A stretch of DNA of 64,000 nucleotides from Candidatus Marinacidobacterales bacterium. Lineage in GTDB: Bacteria; Acidobacteriota; Vicinamibacteria; Marinacidobacterales; SMYC01. Below are positions 11,914 through 21,377 of the stretch, piece after piece. Location: contig OZ250169.1 in assembly GCA_965237955.1 (NCBI GenBank), positions 1,408,001 to 1,472,000 of the forward strand, written 5' to 3'. Under the pieces are notes generated by a model, which saw nothing but the letters and a program-made list of their open reading frames with translations, had not been told where the DNA came from and made no database searches. The stretch's first letter is position 1. Each line of letters starts with the position of its first letter. A program made the translations under genes and the position numbers.

Positions 11914-12046
11914 CTAGTCCCCTGGATCTTTGATTACTACACAAAGTTAGGCTTTTCGCCAGCCCATAAGATTCATAAGATTCATGCACTTAGAATGGTT
12001 TCGGCAAGCTCTGCTTTATCTAGTTTGTTCTGATACAGGGGACTAG
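11914..12046 (-). mobile_element. IS630-derived MITE, family A, copy 2
   Basis: 133 bp, nearly identical to 7106-7238, CTAG at both ends. Confidence 0.9.
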
Positions 12047-13095
12047 CCGCCGCGACCCCACCTCCCCTCGCAACCCCCAATCGACGGCCTTCGGTGTCGC
12101 TTGCTGCTTTTCCGGCAGAGACAGAAGCCGGACGAGACTCCACCCTTACTGCTACCGCTCGTGATCCCGACGGAGACGAAGTTACGTATACGTGGCGTGC
12201 GGCTGACGGCCGCATCACGGGGAGCGGTCCAAGCGTGACGTGGACTGCACCGGGGAGCGTAGGAGCCGACGCTTCGGTAGCGGTGACGGTGACGGTCGAC
12301 GACGGCAGGGGGGGTCCAGTTCCGAGACCACGAACATACAGGTCCAGGCCCCGACAGGAATCGTTACCGGTGTCGTGTTGACCCAATCGGGTGTCGCGCT
12401 CTCAGGGATCACGGTGACAATCGCGCGCCCAGACGCGGGTGTGTCACAAACTGTCGTTACGGACGCAAACGGTCGTTTTCAAGTTCCTCGGCTTCCGCTG
12501 GGTGCGTACAACGTGGTGGTGGAGATTCCCGGATTTCAAAAATACAGTAGCACCGTAGATGCAGCGGTCGATTCCGTCCCGACGAACGTCGTACTTCAGC
12601 CCGGTCCGGCTAACGGCCCGAGCCGGGATCCGACCGCAGCGGAGCTCTTCCGGGCGTCTTCCGTCAGCGAGCTCCAGCAAAACTTATCCGATATCTACCA
12701 CGATTACGACAGCTCAGAACTTTCTGAAGACGCCCGCGCGACGCTAGCGCGGAACGCCGAGTGGCTCAAGCTCCCCTACAATACGGCGGTCATTCTGGTT
12801 GAAGGTCATGCGGACTCGCGCGGGACAAATGAATACAACTTAGTGCTCGGCGAGAGAGTGGCCCGAGCCGCGATGGAATATCTGCAGGCGCTCGGTGTTC
12901 CCGCGAGTCGACTCAAGTATGTCTCTTACGGGGAGGAGTTTCCGCAGTGCACCGAGGAGAACGAGAGCTGTTGGCAGCGCAACCGCCGCGTTCATTTCAG
13001 AATCGATGCCAAGTAGCAACGCGCTTCGGCGCGCTTTCAACGAAACGCTTCCGTCCGATCGCGATTCTCCATCGCTCCGACTGGCCCCGCCGAAT

Positions 13096-13241
13096 TCAAT
13101 ACAACATTCTGAATCGGATGGTGTGCGGCAGTTGCTTCATCTCGTCGATGACGTGGGGCGGATACTTCTTGCTGAAGTTGGTGATGACGTATCCAATCCG
13201 CTTGTCGGTCTTCAAGTACTGGCCGACTATATTGATTTTGT
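13096..13241 (-). pseudogene. serA: C-terminal ACT-domain fragment of D-3-phosphoglycerate dehydrogenase
   Basis: Reverse frame reads INIVGQYLKTDKRIGYVIT...LPHTIRFRMLY*. Confidence 0.65.
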
Positions 13242-13391
13242 GCCTGCTCACGGAGCTCGTGAGCGGCCGCCACGAGCGGCTAGGCGATGCGGTGTTGGCA
13301 GCGCAGACGGCTTACGCTCACACGGGTGCCCTTCCTGAGCTTCTGAACAACTATCATTTGCTGGGCGATCCGGCGCTTACTCAACCACACG
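13242..13391 (+). pseudogene. Peptidase C25-like C-terminal fragment
   Basis: RLGDAVLAAQ...YHLLGDPAL. Confidence 0.55.
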
Positions 13392-13557
13392 CTAGTCCCC
13401 TGGAACAGAGGTTCGTAGCCTAAAGCTCGACGCCATTTTGTGGGCTGGCGAGGCGTGACGACGAAGTCATATTGGAATATTTCGAGGAGGAACAACGAAG
13501 CCAGCGCGCAAAAAGGGCCCGAGATTTAGGCTACGAACCTCTGTTCCAGGGGACTAG
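13392..13557. mobile_element. MITE family B with 33-bp perfect terminal inverted repeats
   Basis: CTAGTCCCCTGGAACAGAGGTTCGTAGCCTAAA and its exact reverse complement. Confidence 0.85.
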
Positions 13558-13745
13558 TGGGTTGGTACGAGGAGCTCGAGCTCTTCGTGCCAGTTGAGCA
13601 CGACGTGAATGGTGTCGAACTGGGTTTGCCAGTCCTCGCGCTTTGCAGCCAACACTTTTCGTCCACTAGCGGTGATGCGGTAGTAGCGGTGGCGCTGGCC
13701 GGCGCGCTCTACCCAGCGGCCGCGGACCAGCTGGAGAGAAAAGAC
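13558..13745 (-). pseudogene. PadR-family fragment fused to a VVLNW-type C-terminal fragment
   Basis: GRW...G.R.RYYRITASGRKVL...REDW followed by IHVVLNWHEEL. Confidence 0.5.
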
Positions 13746-13951
13746 GCCGAGCTCGCACAGCCACAACGGGATACGGATCGTCCATCGTTGCGAAGCGTCT
13801 AATGCCGGGGAATGACGCTTCTACCGCGTAGGGGTCAATAAACTCGAACGCGCTCCCGCACAGCGGTATCCGGGGCGAGTTCTTGGAGGTCAGATCTGTT
13901 GAATAAAATGTCGCTGTCCAGTATGTACGCCAGTTCTCGAGAGGAGACGCG

Positions 13952-15029
13952 ATGGACTGGACGACAATGCTTGCGTACATCACGGGATTGGTTGATCAGG
14001 AGTTGCCCCTGCGGAATGAGTACCTCGTTGCCGAGAATCGGGTAGTTCGAAATCAGCCCCAGGGCCGTTTGCGCCTGACCGACGGCGAGCGGCGAACTCT
14101 GGCTGAGTCGGAAAACAGCTCGGCAGGCGAGCGCTCGAAGAGGTAGCAAGCATCGTGAGGCCTGAGACGATCCTCGGATGGCACCGCAAGCTTGTCGCGA
14201 GGAAGTTCGATGGTTCCAAGAATCGACGCGTATCCAGGCGACCACGCGTCGACGAAGAAATCAGGAGCTGGTTGTACGCATCGCAACGGAAAATCGCTCG
14301 TGGGGCTACGATCGGATTGCGGAGCGATGGGAAACCTCGAGTATCCAGTGAGCGACAAGACCGTCGGCAACGTCTTGAAACGGCATGGCATCGCGCCCGC
14401 GCCGGAGCGCCGAAAGACCACGACGTGGTTAGGAGTTCGTCCGCTCGCACATGGACGTACTTGCGGCGACGGATTTCTTCACCGCGGAAGTGTGGACCAA
14501 GACCGGGCTCGTCACGTACTACGTGTTGTTCTTCACACATCTTGCAACGCGGCGGTTATATATCACGGGTATCACGCCGTATCCCGACGGGCAGTGGATG
14601 ACCCAGGTGGCTCGGAATGTGACCATGGCGGATGTCGGGTTCTCTCCTCGAGCCGTTAGATCCACAACCGGGACTCCAAGTTCTGCGAGGCGTTTCAGCT
14701 GACCGTCGAAACCGTGCGTATCAGGACCGTCAAACTGCCCGCGAGCCCGAATCTGAATTCATTCGCGGAGCGCTGGGCGAGATCGGCGAAGGACGAGTGC
14801 CTGTCGAAGCTCATCCTCTTCGGGGAGAGGTCGCTTCGGCTCGCGCTGAAACACTATGTCGCGCATTTCCACGAAGAAAAGGAATCACCAAGGCAAGGGC
14901 AATCTATTGTTGTTCCCGGCCGTCGAAAGGATGCGTCGGGTCGAAGGCCTGGTTCGTTGTCGGGAACGGCTCGGCGGACTGCTCCGATACTACCATCGGG
15001 AAGCTGCATGAGTTTTTTGACCATACGGG
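13952..15029 (+). mobile_element. Degenerate rve/integrase-core transposase element (IS3/IS481-like), copy 1
   Basis: LRNEYLVAENR, PETILGWHRKL, ATDFFT, SPNLNSFAERW across several frameshifts; ends TTTTTTGACCATACGGG. Confidence 0.85.
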
Positions 15030-15149
15030 ATCGCGCGCGCGCCGGGACGGCAGCGATTCGAATTCTTTACAGACCCCGCCCGAGCTTTACAGGCGGGCGG
15101 ACCAAAGAATTGGATGATGGATAACCAATTGTCCAGTTTCTTGGAACAG

Positions 15150-15752
15150 TCAAGCGAGATTTTCAAGGAAGTATCGGTGGACGCGAGTATCGGTCGAAAG
15201 CTCGGGATGGAACGTACTCACCAGGATTCGTCCTTCGCGGACGAGAACCGCTTGGCCTCGGTGTTTCGCGATCGTGCTAACCTCGGCGCCGGTGCGAGAG
15301 ATGATCGGCGCTCGAATAAAGACCATGGGCACCGGCTCGCCGCCGAGCTCCGGGCACGGCTCGAAGCTCTCGTGACTGTCGATTTGCCTGCCATAGCCGT
15401 TGCGCTCGACGTCGATGTCCATGAAGCCGAGAGAGCCTTGTGATGGTTTGGTCACTCTGCGCGCCAGGAGGATTGCGCCCGCGCACGTGCCATAGAGCGC
15501 ACCGCCAGCTTCGTAGAAGGCGCGGAGCGGTTCGATCAGGTCTTCCTCCTGTATGAACTTGAGCATCGTCGTGCTCTCACCCCCGGGGAGGATGAGAGCA
15601 CGGATGCCCTCGAGCTGCGACGCTTTGCGGATCTGCGTCGACGGACAGTCCAGCCGTTCCAGCATACGCTGGTGCTCCGCATAGTCTCCCTGCAGAGCAA
15701 GCACACCAACGCCGTCGTGCCGATGGCTGATGGCTGATGGCTGATGGCTCAT
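15150..15752 (-). CDS. pdxT: PLP synthase glutaminase subunit
   Basis: GVLALQG, PGGEST, GTCAG, FHPEL; directly downstream of pdxS. Confidence 0.95.
   Translation of the reverse strand: MSHQPSAISHRHDGVGVLALQGDYAEHQRMLERLDCPSTQIRKASQLEGIRALILPGGESTTMLKFIQEEDLIEPLRAFYEAGGALYGTCAGAILLARRVTKPSQGSLGFMDIDVERNGYGRQIDSHESFEPCPELGGEPVPMVFIRAPIISRTGAEVSTIAKHRGQAVLVREGRILVSTFHPELSTDTRVHRYFLENLA
15722..15749. repeat. (GATGGCT)x4 heptamer tandem repeat
   Basis: Four perfect copies; related arrays elsewhere in the window. Confidence 0.9.
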
Positions 15753-15756
15753 CGCA

Positions 15757-16638
15757 CTACCAACCACGGGTCGAAAGAAGATCCTTCTCATCCATCGTCG
15801 CGATGTCGAGGCCGGGCATCGGTTCCCCGAGACCTCGCGAGACCTCCACCAGGACCTTGGGATCTTCGTAATGTGTGACGGCCTTCACGATCGCGGCGGC
15901 GCGGGTTGCGGGGTCCTCGGACTTGAAGATTCCCGAGCCGACGAAGACCGTCTCCGCGCCGAGTTGCATGCAAAGCGCGGCGTCGGCCGGCGTCGCCACC
16001 CCGCCTGCGGCGAAGTTGGGAACCGGAAGCTTGCGGTCTCGAGCCACCATCCGCACGAGCTCGTACGGAGCACCGAGGTTTTTGGCCTCGGCCATGAGCT
16101 CCTCGGTGGCCATGACACTCAGGCGGCGCATGTGACCGTTCACAGCGCGCAAGTGGCGCACGGCTTCCACGATGTTGCCCGAGCCCGCCTCGCCTTTGGT
16201 TCGGATCAGCGCGGCGCCTTCGCCGATGCGCCGGAGCGCTTCGCCGAGGTTGCGGCATCCGCACACGAACGGTACGTCGAACGCGAGCTTGTCGACGTGG
16301 TGCTCCTCATCGGCCGGCGTCAACACCTCGCTTTCGTCGATGAAATCCACGCCCATCGCCTGGAGAAGCTGAGCTTCGACGAAGTGGCCGATGCGCACTT
16401 TGGCCATGACGGGAATGCTCACCGTGCGCATGATCTCGTCGATCACGTCGATCGCGGACATCCGCGCCACACCGCCATGCTTGCGAATGTCAGAGGGTAC
16501 CCGCTCGAGAGCCATGACGGACACCGCGCCTGCGTCTTCTGCGATCTTGGCCTGCTCTGCATTGGTCACGTCCATGATGGCGCCGCCTTTGAGCATGTCG
16601 GCGAGGCCGGTCTTGAGTTTCAGTTGTGTTTCGGTCAT
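15757..16638 (-). CDS. pdxS: PLP synthase lyase subunit
   Basis: [43 protein letters not shown]. Confidence 0.97.
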   Translation of the reverse strand: MTETQLKLKTGLADMLKGGAIMDVTNAEQAKIAEDAGAVSVMALERVPSDIRKHGGVARMSAIDVIDEIMRTVSIPVMAKVRIGHFVEAQLLQAMGVDFIDESEVLTPADEEHHVDKLAFDVPFVCGCRNLGEALRRIGEGAALIRTKGEAGSGNIVEAVRHLRAVNGHMRRLSVMATEELMAEAKNLGAPYELVRMVARDRKLPVPNFAAGGVATPADAALCMQLGAETVFVGSGIFKSEDPATRAAAIVKAVTHYEDPKVLVEVSRGLGEPMPGLDIATMDEKDLLSTRGW

Positions 16639-16681
16639 CGATTGCCTCCCATATAGAAATTGCGAACCCTGAAATCGAGAT

Positions 16682-18196
16682 TCAAATGTGGAGCGCGGGC
16701 TCCTGCTCGCGAACTCCCGGACCCTTCTTGTCGCTTCCGCCCGCTCGCCCGAACCTGCGCTCGAGAACGTTGCCGAGCCTCTTCACACCCTCTTCGATCC
16801 TCTCGACCGGGACTCGTGAAATCGACAGGCGGAGGAAGCGTTCACCTTCGCCCCGAGCAAAAAAATGTGCGCCCGGCGTGAACACCACCCCGTCGGTGGC
16901 GGCGTCCGCGAGCACGGCGTCAGCGGACTCCGACTCGGGCAACGTGATCCAAAACGCGAACCCGCCTTCAGGCTGGGTCCAGGTGACGCCTTCGGGGAAA
17001 TGTCGCTCGAGCGCGGCGACGAGAGTTCGACTTTTGTCTAGATAGATCCCGGCGAGGCGCTCGAGGTGTGCATCGTAATGGCCGCGTCTACAGAAAATGA
17101 GGACCGCCGCCTGCAACAACAGGCTCGTATGGTAGTCGGAGATGAGTTTGGCGCGAGAGAGCGCGGCGACGACGTCGGGCGGCGCAACGATCCACCCGAG
17201 CCGGAGCCCGGGGAAAAGCCCCTTCGAGAACGTTCCGATGTGGATGACACAATCTTGGTCATCGAGCGCTTTCAACGGAGGCAACGCGACGCCGTCGAAG
17301 CGGAGCTCGGAATCGAAGTCGTCTTCCACGATGGGCACGCCGTGACGGTTGGCGATGCCGACGAGCCGCTCGCGCGACGCGAGGTCCATGGTGATCCCGG
17401 TTGGGTTGTGGAACGTCGGCATGGTGAACAGAAACTTCGGTCGCGAACTCGCCAGAGACGCCTCGAGGATATCGAGATCCATGCCGCGCGGCGTCATCGG
17501 GATTTCCTCGATCTCGGCTCGGTATTGCGCGAGCAAAGGTAGGACGATCGTATAGGTCGGGCTCTCGAGCACGACCGGATCGCCGGGATCGAGCAACGTG
17601 CGGCAGATCAAGTCGAGCGCTTGCTGCGAGCCGTTGACGACGAGAACGTTGTCGGGGGTCGTTTCCACGCCCCGGCGTGCGAGGCGCTCGGCGATGTAGC
17701 TCCGGAGCGGCGGGTACCCTGCCGCGGGTCCGTATTGGAGAAGCTTCTTGCCTTCTTTCACGAGGACCTCGTCGAGGACGACGCGAAACGGCTCGACGGG
17801 AAAGAGCTCTTCGTCAGGAACGAGGGACGCAAAGTCGATCAGGTCCGGATGGCGAGCTTCCTCCGCGGGCGAGCGCACCCACTCGCGGGCTGCCTGGGTC
17901 GCTCGCGAAAACGACCAGCGCATGGTCGACGCGGCCTTCGGACCACGCTCGGCGACGAACGTGCCCTGGCCGACGTGCGAATGGACGCGGTCCTTCTTTG
18001 AAAGAGCTTCGTAGGCGCTCGTGACCGTGTTGCGGTTGATGCCGAGCTTCGTGGCGAGCTCACGGCTCGCGGGGAGCTTTGCCCCGGGAGTCAGCCGGCC
18101 ATCGTCGATGAGCGCCGCGATATGCGCCTCGAGCTGCTGATAGAGCGGCCGATCGAGGTCGCGGTCCAGCTCGACGTCGTCCCATAATTGGACCAT
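16682..18196 (-). CDS. pdxR: MocR/GntR PLP-dependent aminotransferase-domain regulator
   Basis: w[21 protein letters not shown], then NPTG, EDD, TFSK; sits upstream of pdxST (symbol assigned from context). Confidence 0.85.
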   Translation of the reverse strand: MVQLWDDVELDRDLDRPLYQQLEAHIAALIDDGRLTPGAKLPASRELATKLGINRNTVTSAYEALSKKDRVHSHVGQGTFVAERGPKAASTMRWSFSRATQAAREWVRSPAEEARHPDLIDFASLVPDEELFPVEPFRVVLDEVLVKEGKKLLQYGPAAGYPPLRSYIAERLARRGVETTPDNVLVVNGSQQALDLICRTLLDPGDPVVLESPTYTIVLPLLAQYRAEIEEIPMTPRGMDLDILEASLASSRPKFLFTMPTFHNPTGITMDLASRERLVGIANRHGVPIVEDDFDSELRFDGVALPPLKALDDQDCVIHIGTFSKGLFPGLRLGWIVAPPDVVAALSRAKLISDYHTSLLLQAAVLIFCRRGHYDAHLERLAGIYLDKSRTLVAALERHFPEGVTWTQPEGGFAFWITLPESESADAVLADAATDGVVFTPGAHFFARGEGERFLRLSISRVPVERIEEGVKRLGNVLERRFGRAGGSDKKGPGVREQEPALHI

Positions 18197-18270
18197 GCCA
18201 ATTGTGTATCAATTTCACGGTTCTAAGTCAAACGTCAACAGACGATGACCAAATAATTTGAATGGGTGCA

Positions 18271-18289
18271 GTCCAATAGTGGATTGGAC
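18271..18289. promoter_or_regulatory. Candidate operator palindrome upstream of pdxR
   Basis: GTCCAAT-N5-ATTGGAC in an AT-rich intergenic region. Confidence 0.45.
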
Positions 18290-18469
18290 TAGTAGGGCCT
18301 GACCAGACCCCTGCCCCCTGCCCCCTGCCCTTGCCCTTGTCTGCCCAACGCTCAACATTGGCGCTCAACCGAGGCGTATTCGCATCAGGAGTGGGGAGGT
18401 TGAGTCGATTGAGTTTTTCGGGAGCGGGGACGGGCAGGGGCAGGGGAGCTGGGAGCTGGGAGGAACGCC

Positions 18470-20383
18470 TTAATCGTTGACCGCGCCGTGCTCGAACACT
18501 TTCGCCTCGATGAACAGATCAAGGAGCTCGCGGTCCACCTTGCCCGCGAACTCGGCGTTCAGGATATCCAGGGCGCCCGCGGTGGAGACCGCGGGCTTGT
18601 AGGGACGATCGCTTGCCGTGAGAGCGTCGTAGATGTCGGAGATTGTCATCATCCGCGTCTGAGGCGGGATATCGGCGGCTCCTCGTCCTTTTGGGTACCC
18701 GCTGCCGTCCAGCTTCTCGTGATGGCTCCGCGCGAGGTCCGGGATCGACTGCAGATCCCGGGTCCACGGGATCGTCGACAGAAAATCGAACGTGTGGACG
18801 ACGTGCAATTCGATCTGCTCGCGCTCGGGTCCGGTAAGGGTTCCTCTGGCGACGGTCAACGCGGTGAGCTCGTCATCGTTGAGGTAGGGGAGCTCGGTTC
18901 CGTCGATATCCTCGTAGCTGAGCTGGCTGACCTCCATCAGCCTGTCGAACTCCGCGGAGTGGGTGATCGTCGGTATGTTGGCCGCTTCGACGGCATCGCG
19001 GGCCTCGTCGATCGAGTCGAGTCGGCGCGCGAGCTCCTCTTTCATCTGCTCGATCTCCTCGGGCGACGCTTCGTTTTGCATCAAGCGGTCGAGCATTCTC
19101 CGAACGTATTGCGCTTCGAGGGTGCGACGGATGGTCTTGAAGCGCTGGCGCACGGTGGAGAGCTCTCCATGGTAGAGCTTCGTTGCTTTGATGAGAACCT
19201 TCTCCGTCACTCCCACTTTTCCGAAGTCGTGGAGGAGCGCGGCGTAGTTCAGCTCGCGGATCTCGTCATCGGTCAATCGAAAACTGCCGTAGGTTCCGCG
19301 TTCGGCGCGATTGGTCACTTCCGCGAGCGCGGTGGTCATCGACGCGACCCGCTTGGAGTGGCCCTGGGTGGTGGGGTCACGACTCTCGATGGCTTGTACC
19401 GCGGCGTTGACGAACTGCCGGAACAGGTTCTCACGTTCGACGTAGAGGTTGTTGTTGTCGACGCACACGGCCGCCTGACTCGCGAGCGAGCGTACGAGCC
19501 GCTCGTCGTCTTGGTCGAAGGACAACACGCCGCGCTCGAAGCTCTCGGTTGTGTCGAGCACCGATTCGCGGTTGTTCTTCTTGTTGATGAGCTGCAACAC
19601 CCCGATGGTCTCGCCTTCGGCGTTTTCCATGGGTACGACGAGCATGGACCGCGCGCGATAGCCCGTCGCTTCGTCGAAGCTTCTGTTGATGACGAACGGC
19701 TTGTCCTTGGGAGGGTCGTAAGCGTCCGCGAGATTCAACGTCTCTCCGGTTTGAGCCACGTAGCCGGCGATGCTGTCGGGGCTGATGGGAAGCACATCCT
19801 CTTCGAAGTGGAGCTCGCGCGAATCGTTCTGAGCGAGTCGAAACTTCAACCACTGAGCCGTTGCTCGAGCTTCGGTGCCATCGCGATGGACGATGGGCTG
19901 GTCGATGTCGGAGACGAGAAAGAGACTGCCGGCGTCGGCGTTCGTGATCGCGCGCGCCTTGGTGAGGATGAGCTCGAGCAGGCGATTGTGATTGCGCTCG
20001 GCCGAAAGCGCGATGCCGATGGCGTTGAGCTCCTCGAGTCGAAGCTGGCTATCGACGTAGCGGGTCGCGTTGCGGAGCGTCCGCAAGAGCTCGGCTTCGG
20101 TCGGGCTCGCCGAGACGACGTCGAACAGGAGATCATCGTCGGTCTCGGTATCAAGCGTCGTCGCGACAACGGTGCCGCCGTTGGTGACGAACGCTTCCAC
20201 CGCCGTGCGCTCCGCTCGAAGCCGCTCGGCGTCGGTTAGCAAGACGCCCGGCTCCGACGGAAGCGGGCCCGACCCGTCGACAGTCGAGATCTTGAAACGG
20301 TTGAAGATTTCAGGGTAGCGGTCCGCGGAAAGCGAGCCCCCCGCAGCCGTCCACACGAAAACCGGACACATCAGATGCACCAA
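18470..20383 (-). CDS. GAF + HD-GYP cyclic-dinucleotide phosphodiesterase
   Basis: FD..TGYR.RSML.VPM (GAF), LHDFGK, HHEKLDGSGYP, RPYK; start uncertain. Confidence 0.9.
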   Translation of the reverse strand: MVHLMCPVFVWTAAGGSLSADRYPEIFNRFKISTVDGSGPLPSEPGVLLTDAERLRAERTAVEAFVTNGGTVVATTLDTETDDDLLFDVVSASPTEAELLRTLRNATRYVDSQLRLEELNAIGIALSAERNHNRLLELILTKARAITNADAGSLFLVSDIDQPIVHRDGTEARATAQWLKFRLAQNDSRELHFEEDVLPISPDSIAGYVAQTGETLNLADAYDPPKDKPFVINRSFDEATGYRARSMLVVPMENAEGETIGVLQLINKKNNRESVLDTTESFERGVLSFDQDDERLVRSLASQAAVCVDNNNLYVERENLFRQFVNAAVQAIESRDPTTQGHSKRVASMTTALAEVTNRAERGTYGSFRLTDDEIRELNYAALLHDFGKVGVTEKVLIKATKLYHGELSTVRQRFKTIRRTLEAQYVRRMLDRLMQNEASPEEIEQMKEELARRLDSIDEARDAVEAANIPTITHSAEFDRLMEVSQLSYEDIDGTELPYLNDDELTALTVARGTLTGPEREQIELHVVHTFDFLSTIPWTRDLQSIPDLARSHHEKLDGSGYPKGRGAADIPPQTRMMTISDIYDALTASDRPYKPAVSTAGALDILNAEFAGKVDRELLDLFIEAKVFEHGAVND

Positions 20384-20422
20384 GCCCTTTCGGCGCCAGA
20401 ATGTCGGGGGAGCGAAAGTATG

Positions 20423-21361
20423 CTAGCGGCGTCCGGTGTCCGGGTCAAGTGAGCGCGACCGGCGTTTTCTCACGAGGAAGATCCCTAGAAAAATCGTGGC
20501 TGCCCCGATGAGTTGAAGCGTTCCGATAGGTTCGCCGATCCATAGATGGGCGATCGCGAGTGCGGCCACCGGCATGAGGTTCGAGTAGATCGCCGTTTGC
20601 GTGGGGCCGATGCGCGACACCGCAAAATACCAGCAGCAGTACGCAACCACGAGCGCGAACACGAACGAGTACACCGTCGCCCACCACGCTGCCGCCGGGA
20701 CCGCGCTCGGGTCGAGCGAAAGAAGCGCCGGTAGACCGAAGGGCAAGAACACCAATGTGCCCAACGTCATCGTGTAGGCGTTCGTCTTGAACAAGCCGTA
20801 CCGGGCGACGACCGGCTGCCCGAACACGGTGTAGGCCGACCAGCACAGCGTGGCGGCGAGCGTGAGCCAGTCGCCCCGAGCGCTCCCTCCAAGCTGGACC
20901 GAGTCGTGCAGTACCAGGCAGACGCCGAGCACGGAAACCGAGATGCCGATCCAAGTGCGAGGCGTCGCCCGCTCGATGGAGAACAACGAGCTCAGTATCG
21001 CAACGAACACCGGTGTGAGCCCGAGCAGGATTGCGGAGTTCGATGCCGTGGTCTCGTCGATACCGGAGATGAACAAGAGCTGGTAGCCGGTGTGCCCTAT
21101 TAGAGCTAATGCGACGAAACGGAGGCGGTCCTCGGGAAGGATGCTCGGACCAGGGACGAGTCGCGCGAGCGTGAGAAAGATGATCGAGGCGACGATCAAA
21201 CGGACGCTATTGAAAGCGAACGGCTCGAGCTCCTCGAGGGCGAACTTGACGACACTGAAGTTGATCGCCCATATCAGGACGGCCCCGACGAGCGCGGCGT
21301 CGACGGCTAAGGTGTGTTTTGCGGTGGTCACGGGCCGGGCAACAGGCTCTTCGACTTCCAC
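20423..21361 (-). CDS. EamA/DMT-family transporter
   Basis: About 10 hydrophobic segments in a duplicated EamA pattern. Confidence 0.88.
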   Translation of the reverse strand: MEVEEPVARPVTTAKHTLAVDAALVGAVLIWAINFSVVKFALEELEPFAFNSVRLIVASIIFLTLARLVPGPSILPEDRLRFVALALIGHTGYQLLFISGIDETTASNSAILLGLTPVFVAILSSLFSIERATPRTWIGISVSVLGVCLVLHDSVQLGGSARGDWLTLAATLCWSAYTVFGQPVVARYGLFKTNAYTMTLGTLVFLPFGLPALLSLDPSAVPAAAWWATVYSFVFALVVAYCCWYFAVSRIGPTQTAIYSNLMPVAALAIAHLWIGEPIGTLQLIGAATIFLGIFLVRKRRSRSLDPDTGRR

Positions 21362-21377
21362 CCGGCCCGGACGGAAA

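Larger units (their letters stand above)
8230..13016 (+). pseudogene. Ternary-system vWA protein with transmembrane helices and a PASTA/Ig-like/carboxypeptidase-regulatory-like/OmpA C-terminus; ~1157 aa reconstituted; split by an IS630, a MITE and a 1-nt frameshift
   Basis: L..AGFRIG N-terminus, LDIEATVEQT, YLALVDR, LMFSDG, RL.RLPWLR; removing 1185 bp and 129 bp keeps the frame; VPQLVG/VLTQDP.PG (PASTA); A.DPDGD..TY.W (Ig/PKD-like); EGHADSRG (OmpA). Confidence 0.78.

Noticed and set aside
7106-12046. Repeated 133-bp unit considered as a CRISPR repeat, attC site or DGR template/variable repeat
   Set aside because: No spacer array, integron integrase or reverse transcriptase; TIRs and CTAG targets identify it as an IS630 MITE.
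18488-20239. Long antisense ORFs (also 21970-23730, 26003-27712, 34889-36445, 60547-62445)
   Set aside because: Shadow or alternative frames of well-supported genes, expected at high GC.
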